NCBI GenBank assembly: GCA_965232515.1
Contig: CBDDPY010000002.1
Coordinates: 4,512,001 to 4,576,000 of the forward strand
Length of the DNA: 64,000 nucleotides
From: Alphaproteobacteria bacterium
GTDB taxonomy: Bacteria; Pseudomonadota; Alphaproteobacteria; GCA-2731375
Reading direction: 5' to 3'
How positions within the stretch are numbered: position 1 is the stretch's first letter; each line of letters starts with the position of its first letter. Both the position numbers and the translations under genes were made by a program. Shown here piece after piece: positions 9,024-18,981 of this stretch. A model generated the notes under the pieces. The model was not told where the DNA came from and did no database searches. It saw only the letters and a list, made by a program, of their open reading frames with translations.

Positions 9024-11834
9024 ATGCAGCAGGTTCGGAACAAACGCAGCATTGTCGACCGGCGTGCTCTCGCCGTCCGGCTCGAGCAGCTGGCCGACGA
9101 CGCCGCGCCGGATTCGACTGAATTGCGGACCGCGGTGCTGGCGGAACTCAAGGCCGCCCTGCAACACGGGCGCGACGAGGTGCGCGGCCGGCTGGAGACG
9201 GGTGCGTCCGGGAACGATGTTGTGCGCGGCAACTGTTTCCTGATCGATCAGCTGATCCGGGTGCTCTACGACTTCACCACCCAGATCGTCTTTCGCGTCA
9301 CCAATCCGACGGCTGGCGAACGATTGGGGCTGGTCGCGGTCGGCGGCTACGGACGCGGCGAGCTGGCGCCGTTTTCCGACGTCGACCTGTTGTTCCTGCT
9401 GCCTTACAAGCAAACGCCCTGGGGCGAGCAGGTTGTCGAGTTTTTGCTCTACATGCTCTGGGACATGGGGCTGAAGGTCGGCCATGCCACCCGCTCGGTC
9501 GACGAATGCATCCGGCTGGCCAGGAAGGATCTGACGATCTGCACCAGCCTGCTGGAAAGCCGCTATGTCTGGGGCGATCAGGCGCTTTACCTCGAGCTGA
9601 AGGAGCGCTTCGAGGGGGACATCCTGTCGCGCGGCGAGGCCGATTTCGTGGAGGCCAAACTGGCCGAGCGCGACGACCGGCATCAGCGTCTCGGCGATTC
9701 CCGTTACGTGCTGGAACCGAACATCAAGGACGGCAAGGGCGGTCTGCGCGATCTGCACACGCTGTTCTGGATCGCCAAGTACGTCTATCGCATCGGCGAT
9801 GTCGGCGAGTTGGTCGGCCGTGGCGTGCTGACCGCGCGCGAGCACCGAAACTTCGCCAAGGCCGAGGGTTTCCTGCGCACCGTCCGCTGCCATTTGCACT
9901 ATCTCGCCGGCCGCGCCGAGGAGCGTCTGACGTTCGACCTGCAGGCCGAGATCGCGGCCCGATTGGGCTATACCGATCACGCCGGCACGCGCGGCGTCGA
10001 ACGCTTCATGAAGCACTATTTCCTCTACGCCAAGAATGTCGGCGACCTGACGCGGATCTTCTGCGCCGCCATCGAGGAACAGCATAAGCGCAAGAAGCGT
10101 CTGCGGTTCCCGCGCCTGGGCCTGCGCCGGCGCGAGATCGACGGCTTTCTTGTCGAGGGCGACCGCCTCAACATTTTGCGGGCCGACGATTTCGAGCGCG
10201 AGCCGGTGAAGATGATCCGGTTGTTCCACGTCGCCCATGAGCGCGATCTGGACATCCATCCGGACGCGCTGCGGCAGATCACCCGCGACCTGCGCCTGAT
10301 CGACGCCAAGCTGCGCAAGGATCCCGAGGCCAACCGGCTGTTCATGGAGGTCCTGGCGGCGAAGCGGGACCCGGAAACCACGCTGCGCCGCATGAACGAG
10401 GCCGGCGTCTTCGGCCGCTTCGTGCCCGATTTCGGCCGCGTCGTCGCGCAGATGCAGCACGACATGTACCACGTCTATACCGTCGATGAGCACACGATCC
10501 GCGCGATCGGCATTCTGGCAAAGATCGAGAACGGCACCTACGCCGAGGACCATCCGCTGTCGGCGGAAATCATCCACAAGGTGCTGTCGCGCCGCGTGCT
10601 GTATCTGGCGGTGCTGCTGCACGATATCGCCAAGGGGCGTGGCGGCGAACATTCCATCCTGGGCGCCGAAGTGGCGGAACGGCTGGGCCCCCGGCTGGGC
10701 CTGGAGCCGGCCGAAACCGAAACCGTCGCCTGGCTGGTCCGCTATCACCTGGCCATGAGCTCGACCTGCTTCAAGCGTGATCTGGAAGATCCGAAGACCA
10801 TCGAGGATTTCGTCGAGCTGGTGCAGAGCCCGGAGCGTCTGCGTCTGCTGCTGGTGTTGACGGTGGCCGATATCCGCGCCGTCGGACCGGGCGTCTGGAA
10901 CGGCTGGAAGGGACAGCTGCTGCGCGACCTTTATTACAAGGCCGAGGAGCGCATGCTGGGCGGCGACGCCACGGTGGCCCGGACCGAGCGCATTGCCCGC
11001 GTTAAGGCCGAACTGGCCGAGCGCCTGACCGACTGGGAGGCGGCCGACATCGAGCAGCATCTGGCGCTTGGGCCCGATGCCCTGTGGCTTTCGGCCGACG
11101 CCGAAACGCACGAGCGCTGGGCGCGCCTGATGCGCGCGGCCGGCCGCAATGAGGTGGCGCTCAGCATCGACACGCGCGTGCACCCCTTCCGGTCCGTAAC
11201 CGAGGTGACCATTTTGACGCCGGACCATCCCGGCCTGTTCTCGCGGCTGGCCGGCGCCATGGCGGTCAGCGGCGCCTCCATCGTCGACGCGCGCATCCTG
11301 ACGACCAGCGACGGCATGGCGCTGGACGTCTTCTGGCTGCAGGACGCCGACGGCGGCGCCTTTGACCGGTCGGATCGCCTCGCCCGTATGTCGACCAGCA
11401 TTCGCCGCGCCTTGAGCGGCGACATCCGCATTCGTGAAGCTTTGGCGGACCGGCGCGGCAAGCTGCCGGCGCGAGCCGACGTCTTCACGGTCGAGCCGCA
11501 GGTGCTGGTCGACAATAACGCGTCCAACACCCACACCGTGATCGAGGTCAACGGCCGCGACCGGCCGGGCCTGCTGCACGAACTGACCCGCGCCTTCTAT
11601 GACGTATCGTTGAGCATTAGCCAGGCCCGCATCGCGACCTATGGCGAGCGCGCGGTCGACGTCTTCTATGTGAAGGATCTGTTCGGCCTGAAAGTCACCA
11701 ATGGCAACAAGCTGCGGGCCGTCCGCAACCGGTTGCTGACGGCGCTGGAAGATCCCAACAAGAGCGATAAGGCGGCCAGGCCGAAACGCGCCCGCGCCGC
11801 GCCCACCGAATCGACGCCCGCCGCCGCCGAATAG
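9024..11834 (+). CDS. glnD: [Protein-PII] uridylyltransferase / uridylyl-removing enzyme
   Basis: AVGGYGRGELAPFSDVDL nucleotidyltransferase motif, HDIAKG HD domain, two ACT domains. Start trimmed from the 8127 ORF to ATG 9024. Confidence 0.96.
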   Translation: MQQVRNKRSIVDRRALAVRLEQLADDAAPDSTELRTAVLAELKAALQHGRDEVRGRLETGASGNDVVRGNCFLIDQLIRVLYDFTTQIVFRVTNPTAGERLGLVAVGGYGRGELAPFSDVDLLFLLPYKQTPWGEQVVEFLLYMLWDMGLKVGHATRSVDECIRLARKDLTICTSLLESRYVWGDQALYLELKERFEGDILSRGEADFVEAKLAERDDRHQRLGDSRYVLEPNIKDGKGGLRDLHTLFWIAKYVYRIGDVGELVGRGVLTAREHRNFAKAEGFLRTVRCHLHYLAGRAEERLTFDLQAEIAARLGYTDHAGTRGVERFMKHYFLYAKNVGDLTRIFCAAIEEQHKRKKRLRFPRLGLRRREIDGFLVEGDRLNILRADDFEREPVKMIRLFHVAHERDLDIHPDALRQITRDLRLIDAKLRKDPEANRLFMEVLAAKRDPETTLRRMNEAGVFGRFVPDFGRVVAQMQHDMYHVYTVDEHTIRAIGILAKIENGTYAEDHPLSAEIIHKVLSRRVLYLAVLLHDIAKGRGGEHSILGAEVAERLGPRLGLEPAETETVAWLVRYHLAMSSTCFKRDLEDPKTIEDFVELVQSPERLRLLLVLTVADIRAVGPGVWNGWKGQLLRDLYYKAEERMLGGDATVARTERIARVKAELAERLTDWEAADIEQHLALGPDALWLSADAETHERWARLMRAAGRNEVALSIDTRVHPFRSVTEVTILTPDHPGLFSRLAGAMAVSGASIVDARILTTSDGMALDVFWLQDADGGAFDRSDRLARMSTSIRRALSGDIRIREALADRRGKLPARADVFTVEPQVLVDNNASNTHTVIEVNGRDRPGLLHELTRAFYDVSLSISQARIATYGERAVDVFYVKDLFGLKVTNGNKLRAVRNRLLTALEDPNKSDKAARPKRARAAPTESTPAAAE

Positions 11835-11881
11835 CGCCGGCCGCCTTTCGCCCGCCCAAGTTTTCCGCTATCACGCCGGGC

Positions 11882-13429
11882 ATGGCGCTTATCCGGTCCG
11901 TCGCCACCGTTGGCGGCTATACCATGATCAGCCGCGTGCTGGGTTTCGCGCGCGATATCCTGATCGCCGCGTCGTTGGGCGCCGGACCTGTCGCCGACGC
12001 CTTTTTCGTCGCCTTCAAGCTGCCGAACTTTTTCCGCCGGCTGTTCGCCGAGGGCGCGTTCAACGCCGGCTTCGTGCCGCTGTTCTCGGGCCTGCTCACC
12101 ACCGATGGCCGGATGCGCGCGGTCGCTTTCGCCGAGCAGGCCCTGGCGGTGCTGCTGGCGACGCTGCTGCTGTTCGTCTCGCTTTTCCAGATCGCCATGC
12201 CCTGGGTCATGCAGGTCCTGGCGCCCGGCTTCGTCGACGATCCGGCGAAGTTCGACCTCGCGGTGGTGTTCACACGCCTGACCTTCCCCTATCTGCTGTT
12301 CATCAGCCTGGTATCGCTGTTGGGCGGCGTGCTGAATTCGCTGCAGCGTTTCGCTGCCGTCGCGGCGACGCCGATCCTGCTGAATATCTGCCTGATCGCC
12401 GCGATCACCATCGGCGCCGAGTTCACCCCGACGCCGGGCCATGCGCTGAGTTGGGGCGTGGCCGTGGCCGGCGCCGTGCAGTTCGTTTGGCTGTTGTTGG
12501 CGCTGGGCCGCGAGGGCATCGCCCTACGCTTACCATTGCCGCGGCTGACGCCTGCCGTGCGCGAGTTGCTGCGCTTGATGCTGCCGGCCGCCATCGGCGC
12601 CGGTGTCGTGCAGATCAACCTGGTGGTCGACATTATTCTGGCGTCACTGCTGCCCGACGGCTCGGTGTCGTATCTGTTCTATGCCGACCGGCTGAACCAG
12701 TTGCCGATTGGCGTGGTCGGCGTCGCCGTCGGTACGGCCCTGCTGCCGCTGATGAGCCGGCAGGTCGCCGGCGGTCAACACGGCGATGCGTTGGCCAGCC
12801 TGAACCGAGCGGTGGAGCTATGCCTGCTGTTGGCGGTGCCGGCGGCGGCGGCGTTCATGGTGGTGCCCGACGCCCTGGTGACGACGCTGTTCCAGCGCGG
12901 GGCCTTCGGCGCGGCCGAGAGCCACGCCACCGCGCTGGCCCTGATGGCCTATGCTGTCGGCCTGCCGGCCTACGTCCTGGTCAAGGTGCTTGGCCCGGCT
13001 TTCTTCGCGCGTCGAGATACGCGCACGCCGGTTATCACCGGCGGCATCTCGATGGTGGTCAACATCGTCCTCAATCTGATCCTGATGCAGTTTCTGGCGC
13101 ACGCCGGTCTCGCGCTCGCGACCGCGCTGGCGGCCTGGTTGAACGTCGGCCTGCTGACCATGATCTTGGCCCGGCGCGGTGACTTCCAGGCCGATGCGCG
13201 CCTGAAGCGGGTCTGCGGCCGGCTGCTGCCGGCGACGGGCCTCATGGCGCTGGGTCTGTGGGGCGGGGTGCACCTGCTTGCCACGCCGCTCGCCGGCGGC
13301 GAGGTCTGGCGGGCCAGCGCCCTGGCGGCGCTTGTCGTCGGCGGGCTGGTGCTCTATGGGGCGGCGGCGGCGTTGTTCGGCGCGGCCCGCCCGGCCGATC
13401 TCAAGGCCCTGCTGCGCCGCGGCGGTTGA
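11882..13429 (+). CDS. murJ: Lipid II flippase MurJ (MviN)
   Basis: SRVLGFARD, DAFFVAFKLPNFFRRLFAEGA, YADRLNQLP; many TM helices. Confidence 0.97.
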   Translation: MALIRSVATVGGYTMISRVLGFARDILIAASLGAGPVADAFFVAFKLPNFFRRLFAEGAFNAGFVPLFSGLLTTDGRMRAVAFAEQALAVLLATLLLFVSLFQIAMPWVMQVLAPGFVDDPAKFDLAVVFTRLTFPYLLFISLVSLLGGVLNSLQRFAAVAATPILLNICLIAAITIGAEFTPTPGHALSWGVAVAGAVQFVWLLLALGREGIALRLPLPRLTPAVRELLRLMLPAAIGAGVVQINLVVDIILASLLPDGSVSYLFYADRLNQLPIGVVGVAVGTALLPLMSRQVAGGQHGDALASLNRAVELCLLLAVPAAAAFMVVPDALVTTLFQRGAFGAAESHATALALMAYAVGLPAYVLVKVLGPAFFARRDTRTPVITGGISMVVNIVLNLILMQFLAHAGLALATALAAWLNVGLLTMILARRGDFQADARLKRVCGRLLPATGLMALGLWGGVHLLATPLAGGEVWRASALAALVVGGLVLYGAAAALFGAARPADLKALLRRGG

Positions 13430-13454
13430 CCCGACCATCGGCCTGCGCGATAAC
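13426..13454 (+). promoter_or_regulatory. Putative sigma70 promoter of trpS
   Basis: TTGACC-N17-GATAAC; shares the 13-mer GCGATAACCTCGC with the mutS promoter. Confidence 0.55.
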
Positions 13455-13505
13455 CTCGCGCCTGCGGCCGCCCGGCCGGGCGTTTGCGAACGGGTATGAC
13501 AAGAA

Positions 13506-14504
13506 ATGAATCGGATCTTTTCGGGCGTCCAGCCCACCGGCAACCTGCATCTCGGCAACTACCTCGGCGCCATCCGTAACTTCGTGCGCCTGCAGGACGA
13601 CTATGAATGCATCTATTGCGTCGTCGACCTGCATGCCCTGACGCAGTGGCAGGATCCGGCCGAGCTCAAGCACAATACCCGCGAGGTCGCGGCGGCCTAT
13701 CTGGCCGCCGGCATCGATCCCCGCCGGCACATCATCTTCAACCAGAGCCAGGTACGCGAACACTCCGAACTCGCCTGGATCTTCAACTGTGTTGCACGCC
13801 TCGGATGGCTGAACCGGATGACGCAGTTCAAGGAAAAGGCTGGCAAGAATCGCGAGAATGCCTCGGCGGGCCTTTACGTCTATCCCGTTCTGATGGCGGC
13901 CGACATTCTGCTCTACAAGGCGACGCACGTGCCGGTCGGCGAAGACCAGAAGCAGCACCTAGAGCTGACCCGCGATATCGCGCAGAAGTTCAATCACGAC
14001 TTCGGGCGCGAGGTCTTTCCGCTTACCGAGCCGCTGATATTCGGCGAGGCGACCCGGGTGATGAGCCTGCGCGACGGCGCCAAGAAGATGTCCAAGTCGG
14101 ATCCATCGGACTATTCGCGCATCACGCTGACCGACGGCCCGGACGAGATCGCGTTGAAGATCCGCAAGGCCAAGACCGATCCCGAACCGCTGCCGCAGAC
14201 GGCCGAGGGCCTGGACGATCGCCCCGAGGCCGACAATCTCGTCGGCATCTATGCGGCATTGACCGACAAGACCCGGCAACAGGTCCTCGACAGCCATGGC
14301 GGCGAGCCGTTCTCGCGCTTCAAGGAAGACCTGACCGATGTCGCGGTGGCGGTCCTCGGGCCGATCGGCAATGAGATGCAGCGTCTGCTGGCGGCGCCGG
14401 ACGAAGTCGATGCGATCCTCGCGAACGGCGCCGAGCGGGCCTCGGCCCTGGCGGCGCCGACGCTGGCCGAGGTTCAGGACGTTGTCGGCCTGCTGACTTC
14501 CTGA
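13506..14504 (+). CDS. trpS: Tryptophan--tRNA ligase
   Basis: [14 protein letters not shown] (HIGH-like), GEDQKQH, KMSKS. Confidence 0.98.
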   Translation: MNRIFSGVQPTGNLHLGNYLGAIRNFVRLQDDYECIYCVVDLHALTQWQDPAELKHNTREVAAAYLAAGIDPRRHIIFNQSQVREHSELAWIFNCVARLGWLNRMTQFKEKAGKNRENASAGLYVYPVLMAADILLYKATHVPVGEDQKQHLELTRDIAQKFNHDFGREVFPLTEPLIFGEATRVMSLRDGAKKMSKSDPSDYSRITLTDGPDEIALKIRKAKTDPEPLPQTAEGLDDRPEADNLVGIYAALTDKTRQQVLDSHGGEPFSRFKEDLTDVAVAVLGPIGNEMQRLLAAPDEVDAILANGAERASALAAPTLAEVQDVVGLLTS

Positions 14505-14530
14505 ATGGGGATCGGTCGGCGAAGAACGGT

Positions 14531-15937
14531 TCAGGCGTCGATTTTTGCCGGACCGTCGTCGGCCTTGGCCTCGAACAGCGACTTGAACAGCATCTTGTCC
14601 GAGAACGGTTCGACGCCGGCGAGCGAATCGACGAAGTCCGGCAGGGCGTCGCCGGCGATGTAGTTGAAGCCGGCGCACACGGCCGCGGTGGTCGCGCTGA
14701 GCGACGTCAGCCCCTGAACATAGCTCAACAGTTTCGATTCCTCGGCCAGCTCGGCGAACTTTTCGAGCATCTTGTGAATCTGCTTGTCGTTTTCCGTCAG
14801 ACCGCTGAAATCGCAGCCGATGGCGTGGATGCCGAGCATTTTCCACGGCATCATGCTTTTGGCGTTGGGCGCGATCCGAACGATCACCGAGCGACAACGG
14901 AGCCGCAGGTACTGCACGATCTCGCGGATCCGCCGCTCCGGCAGATCCGTGCCGGTCGCGATCAGTTCGAACACCAGGTGTTTGCGGACCTGTTCGGTTA
15001 TCGATACCGACAGATCCGCGAAGTGCTGTTTGTGCGGCCGTCTGTCGACCGTATGGATGTGCACCGGTACGACGACGATCGACTTGCAGCCTGTCGCCAA
15101 CTGCACGTTCAGCTCGTTGATCGACTTGTGTAGCAGCGGCAGGTCGAAGACGGCCGTATTTGCCGCATACGCCAGTTGCGGCCGACCATTGCCGCTGTCG
15201 CTACCGGTCTGGCGGATCGTCGGTACGGCGATGAACGACGTGATGAACTTCTGCTTCACGTGCCACATGGGCCGATAGGCGCATTGCGCGTCCGGCGGCA
15301 GCGCCACCGCGGCTTCCCGGGCGGCGCGCTCGGGATCCTTGCCGTCGTCGGCCAGCATGGTTTCCATGGCCCGGCGCGCCCAGGTCTCCATATCGCCGTC
15401 GCGGATCAGCTTGCGCTTCTGCAGTCCGGTGACGGCCACGACCTCGCCGTCGTCGCCCTTGCTCACGCGGGGCTGCTGCTCCAGCAATCGGCGCTCATAG
15501 GCGGCCTTCTCGTTTGCCGGCAGGCTTTCCTTCCAGATCTCGGTCAGCTTGTCCTGGATACTGGCGGCCACGCCGCAGGCATGTTCCTCGCGATCTTCGG
15601 CATCGATGTCGGGCACGTAAAGCACGACTGAACCGTCGGCCAGAATGACGTAACCGCCGCTGCCGGCGAGTTCTTCATCGATCGTCGTTCGGGCGATGTC
15701 CGGAACCTGCTCGCTCAGCCAATCGTCGCGATTGCAGCCGGCTGGTCGGAAATTCGAGACACTGATCCATTCGGCTTGGCGCAGCGCGACCTCGCCGAAC
15801 TCGGCGACGAGTTGGCGCAGGGTCCGTTCCTGCTGACCCGCGGGTGCGGGTTCCGGCGCCGGCGGGCGCGGTTCCTCCAATACCGCCGGCTGGGCGGCCT
15901 GTTCGCGAACCTGGGTCATCTGCCCGGTATCTGCCAT
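14531..15937 (-). CDS. Hypothetical protein with degenerate GGDEF-like and EAL-like domains (paralog A)
   Basis: EAL-fold pattern: YRPMWH, DLPLL, VVPVH, LVFEL, GCD, YVQGL, AGFNYIAG; no catalytic EAL or DDFG motif. Confidence 0.7.
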   Translation of the reverse strand: MADTGQMTQVREQAAQPAVLEEPRPPAPEPAPAGQQERTLRQLVAEFGEVALRQAEWISVSNFRPAGCNRDDWLSEQVPDIARTTIDEELAGSGGYVILADGSVVLYVPDIDAEDREEHACGVAASIQDKLTEIWKESLPANEKAAYERRLLEQQPRVSKGDDGEVVAVTGLQKRKLIRDGDMETWARRAMETMLADDGKDPERAAREAAVALPPDAQCAYRPMWHVKQKFITSFIAVPTIRQTGSDSGNGRPQLAYAANTAVFDLPLLHKSINELNVQLATGCKSIVVVPVHIHTVDRRPHKQHFADLSVSITEQVRKHLVFELIATGTDLPERRIREIVQYLRLRCRSVIVRIAPNAKSMMPWKMLGIHAIGCDFSGLTENDKQIHKMLEKFAELAEESKLLSYVQGLTSLSATTAAVCAGFNYIAGDALPDFVDSLAGVEPFSDKMLFKSLFEAKADDGPAKIDA

Positions 15938-15988
15938 TTTCCTACCCCCTTCGGCATCCGATCGGGCGGCCGGTAAGCCGCCGTCGAT

Positions 15989-16396
15989 CTAGGCGCCGGC
16001 GAGCGTCTCCTTGACGGTTTGCAGGATTACGTCGAGCTCGATCGGTTTTTGCAGCACGCGGTCGGCGCCGAAGTCATCGGCCAGTTTCAGAAAGTCGAAA
16101 TTCGCGGTCCGGCCGCCACCCGACATGCCGATGATCTTGGCGCCGGGATGCTTGCGGCGGATCTGCACGATCGTCTCGACGCCTTCCTGTACCGGCATGA
16201 TGATGTCGGTGATCAACAGGTTGGGCGTCAACTTGTCGAAAGCCTGCACGCCCTGACGGCCGTCCTCGGCCTCGAATACCTCGTAGCCGGCTTCTTCCAG
16301 AATATCGCGCAGCATCACGCGTACCTGGGACTCGTCGTCGACCACGAGAATCCGGCCTCGGCTTTTCTTCTTTTTCGCGTTTGCGCTGGTCACCAT
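15989..16396 (-). CDS. Single-domain response regulator
   Basis: ILVVDDE, ITDIIMP, MSGGG, LQKP. Confidence 0.92.
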   Translation of the reverse strand: MVTSANAKKKKSRGRILVVDDESQVRVMLRDILEEAGYEVFEAEDGRQGVQAFDKLTPNLLITDIIMPVQEGVETIVQIRRKHPGAKIIGMSGGGRTANFDFLKLADDFGADRVLQKPIELDVILQTVKETLAGA

Positions 16397-16459
16397 AGTC
16401 AAATCCACACTGTGCGTTTGTCGTTGGGAAGCGTTGAAGGAGGTCCGTCGCCGGACGGC

Positions 16460-16858
16460 TCACGTCGCATTGCCGTCGATCCAGGCCGCGCGCAGCATCT
16501 CTTCCAGCGCGTCGATCGTGATCGGTTTGCCCAGCTTGCCCAGCATCTGCAGCCCGTGCCTCTCGCCGAGTTGCTCGGCATCGGTCAGCGCGCTGCCGTC
16601 AAGACCGCTCATCACCATGATCTTGGCCCGGCAGGATTGCTCGGCGAGCGTATGCAGCAGTTCTCCCTCACCGGCGCCCGGCATGAGCAGATCCAGCGAG
16701 ATCACGGACGGCGCAAAGGTCGCGACATTCGCCTTGAAGTCGGCGATGTCTGCCGTGTCCTCGACGTCGAAGCCCAGATCCTCGGCCACATCGCGAATGA
16801 AATCGCGAATGCCGTCTTCGTCATCGACGATCATCAATCTGTTGGGATTGGCGCTCAT
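16460..16858 (-). CDS. Single-domain response regulator resembling the REC of REC-EAL proteins
   Basis: MIVDDE, SLDLLMP, VMSGLD, LGKLGKP. Confidence 0.9.
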   Translation of the reverse strand: MSANPNRLMIVDDEDGIRDFIRDVAEDLGFDVEDTADIADFKANVATFAPSVISLDLLMPGAGEGELLHTLAEQSCRAKIMVMSGLDGSALTDAEQLGERHGLQMLGKLGKPITIDALEEMLRAAWIDGNAT

Positions 16859-17167
16859 GACATGCCTCCCGATACGTCACGGGCGCACGGTGCGGACAGA
16901 CGGATCGGCTGTCGCCTATCCGGCATGCGGGGGGCGATTGGTATTGGTTGAGCGGCGGGATGACGCACGTAGCTCTCCTGTGGTCTCGCAACCCTCCCCA
17001 TTTGATGATTGGCGACCCGCCTGTGTGGGTAATGATTGTGGTTTGATTCTATTAAAAACTCTTTGATTGTAGGAATTTGTCGAAAATTCTTTTTATAAGC
17101 ATCCGATAATCTCATCCACTGGTATGAAAACGCTCGATAAACGAGGTATCCGGTTCGATGTTGCAAT

Positions 17168-18580
17168 CTATGCATGATTGTTCGCCGCGGTTCCGGCATC
17201 GCAGAACAGCGCCTCGAACATCATCTGTGGGGTGAACGGTTCGATGCCGGCCAGCGTATCGGCCTCCGCCGGCAACGTCTGGCCCGCGACATAGCTGAAA
17301 CCGGCGCAGACCGCCGCCGTCGTGGTGCTGACCGACGGCAGGCCCTGGACATACGATTGCAATCCGCTGTTGTCCGCCAGCGCCGCGAACCGGTCGAGCG
17401 TTTTTAGAGCCCGGCGTTCATTGTCGACACGATCGGTCACATCGACGCCCACGGCGTGCACGCCAAGCTGTTTCCAGATATTGAGGGACGTGGCGTCCAG
17501 CGGCAGCCGGACGATCACGGCGCGGCACCATTGGCGGATCTGGGCGACGATGTCGGTGGCTTGAAAGTCCGGCATATCGCCCGGCGGAACGATCAACTCG
17601 AACACGATATGACGCCGCGCCATTTCGGGGCTGTTCCGGCAGATCTGGACGAACTCTTCACGAAAGCGGGGACGGAACAGGGTCTGCGCATGCACGGGCG
17701 GCATCACGATCATGCGCCGCCGTTGCTTCAGCGCGCCGGTCAAATCGCTGATCGCACGCCGCAGCAACGGCAGATCGAGCGCCGACGTGGCCTCAGGTTG
17801 CGCGGGATCCGGCAGCAGGGCGTCGCCAACCACCATTCCCTGCGGCGCTTGCCGTACGGCGGGCAGGCTGACGTAGGAGGTCAGCATTTGCCGGCGGACG
17901 TGCCACATCGGCCGGTAGACGGTCTGAACATGCTCCGGCAGCGCCTTGGGCACATCGGCGCTTTCGTCGTTGCCGCGCTGCTCGAGAAACTTGATCACCG
18001 ATGCCACCGTCGCGCCCGTCGCTCCGGATTTCCGGCCCTCGCCCACAGCCGCCGCCGGCGCGGCGTCGGCGGGTGTGCCGTTGCCGCCGGCGACGGTCGT
18101 CAATCGCGGGCCGTTTGCGGCCTTTGATCCCTCGCCGCCGCTCGCCCCGGGTTGCCGCCGGGGCCGTGACGGTGTGTCGCCGTCCTGTCGCTTCTGAATG
18201 CGTTGACGGATGGTCTTGCCGACGGCGCCGGCGATGACGTTTCGCGTCGGCGCATCGCAGTTCGGCAAGTGGATCAGGAAAGAGCCGTCGGGCAGCTCGA
18301 CATAAGCATCACACTCGCTGAAGTTCGCATCCATGATGCGCCGGGCCGTGCTGGCGACCGCGGTCGCCGTCGCGCCGTCTCGTTCGGCCGGCAGCATCAT
18401 GTCCAGCCGCAGCCACTCGGCGGCGGCAAGCAGATTGTCCGTGCCGTTCGCCTTGACCAATTGGGCGAGCGTCGTTTCGTACCGGCCGGATTGCCCGGAG
18501 GCATTCGCGCTCGCCCCGGCCTTTGACAGCAACGCCAGAAATGACTTGTCAAAGCGGTTTGACGGCGAAGCTTCCGACAT
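17168..18580 (-). CDS. Hypothetical protein with degenerate GGDEF-like and EAL-like domains (paralog B)
   Basis: DAYVELPDGSFLIHLP at the GGDEF position; YRPMWHV, LDLPLL, IVFEL, SYVQGL, AAVCAGFSYVAG; clearly homologous to 14531..15937. Confidence 0.7.
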   Translation of the reverse strand: MSEASPSNRFDKSFLALLSKAGASANASGQSGRYETTLAQLVKANGTDNLLAAAEWLRLDMMLPAERDGATATAVASTARRIMDANFSECDAYVELPDGSFLIHLPNCDAPTRNVIAGAVGKTIRQRIQKRQDGDTPSRPRRQPGASGGEGSKAANGPRLTTVAGGNGTPADAAPAAAVGEGRKSGATGATVASVIKFLEQRGNDESADVPKALPEHVQTVYRPMWHVRRQMLTSYVSLPAVRQAPQGMVVGDALLPDPAQPEATSALDLPLLRRAISDLTGALKQRRRMIVMPPVHAQTLFRPRFREEFVQICRNSPEMARRHIVFELIVPPGDMPDFQATDIVAQIRQWCRAVIVRLPLDATSLNIWKQLGVHAVGVDVTDRVDNERRALKTLDRFAALADNSGLQSYVQGLPSVSTTTAAVCAGFSYVAGQTLPAEADTLAGIEPFTPQMMFEALFCDAGTAANNHA

Positions 18581-18981
18581 ATCACATACCCCAACGGCCC
18601 ACGCCCGCACTCGACCGGGCCATTCCGCGCTTCCCGCTTAGGCGTCCGAATGCAACCAACGGACGCGTTAATAGTCAGCTGTTCATGTCACATGGTAGGA
18701 TATTCCCAACTAATATTTGATGAACCGTATTGAAAAGATTGGTCGGTTCAATGATGTGAATGAGGATTTCGTATGTTGGGTGGCTATTTATGATGGGTTA
18801 ATGTCAATAATGATCGATGTAAACTCCAGAATTTTGGAGATCTATAAGAAATAAAATCGAAGTGAATTATCGTATTTTGAAAATACGCCTAAGAGAACGG
18901 GATAAGTTCGTTATTTGAACTCATGTTTATCCGGCATGGTCGGCGAAGGTTTATTACCGCCAATCCGGAGCGGACGCGATC

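Noticed and set aside
8901-11579. 892-aa minus-strand ORF
   Set aside because: Antisense shadow of glnD.
16855-17199. 114-aa ORF in the AT-rich spacer
   Set aside because: Atypical composition and no motif; more plausibly non-coding promoter DNA.
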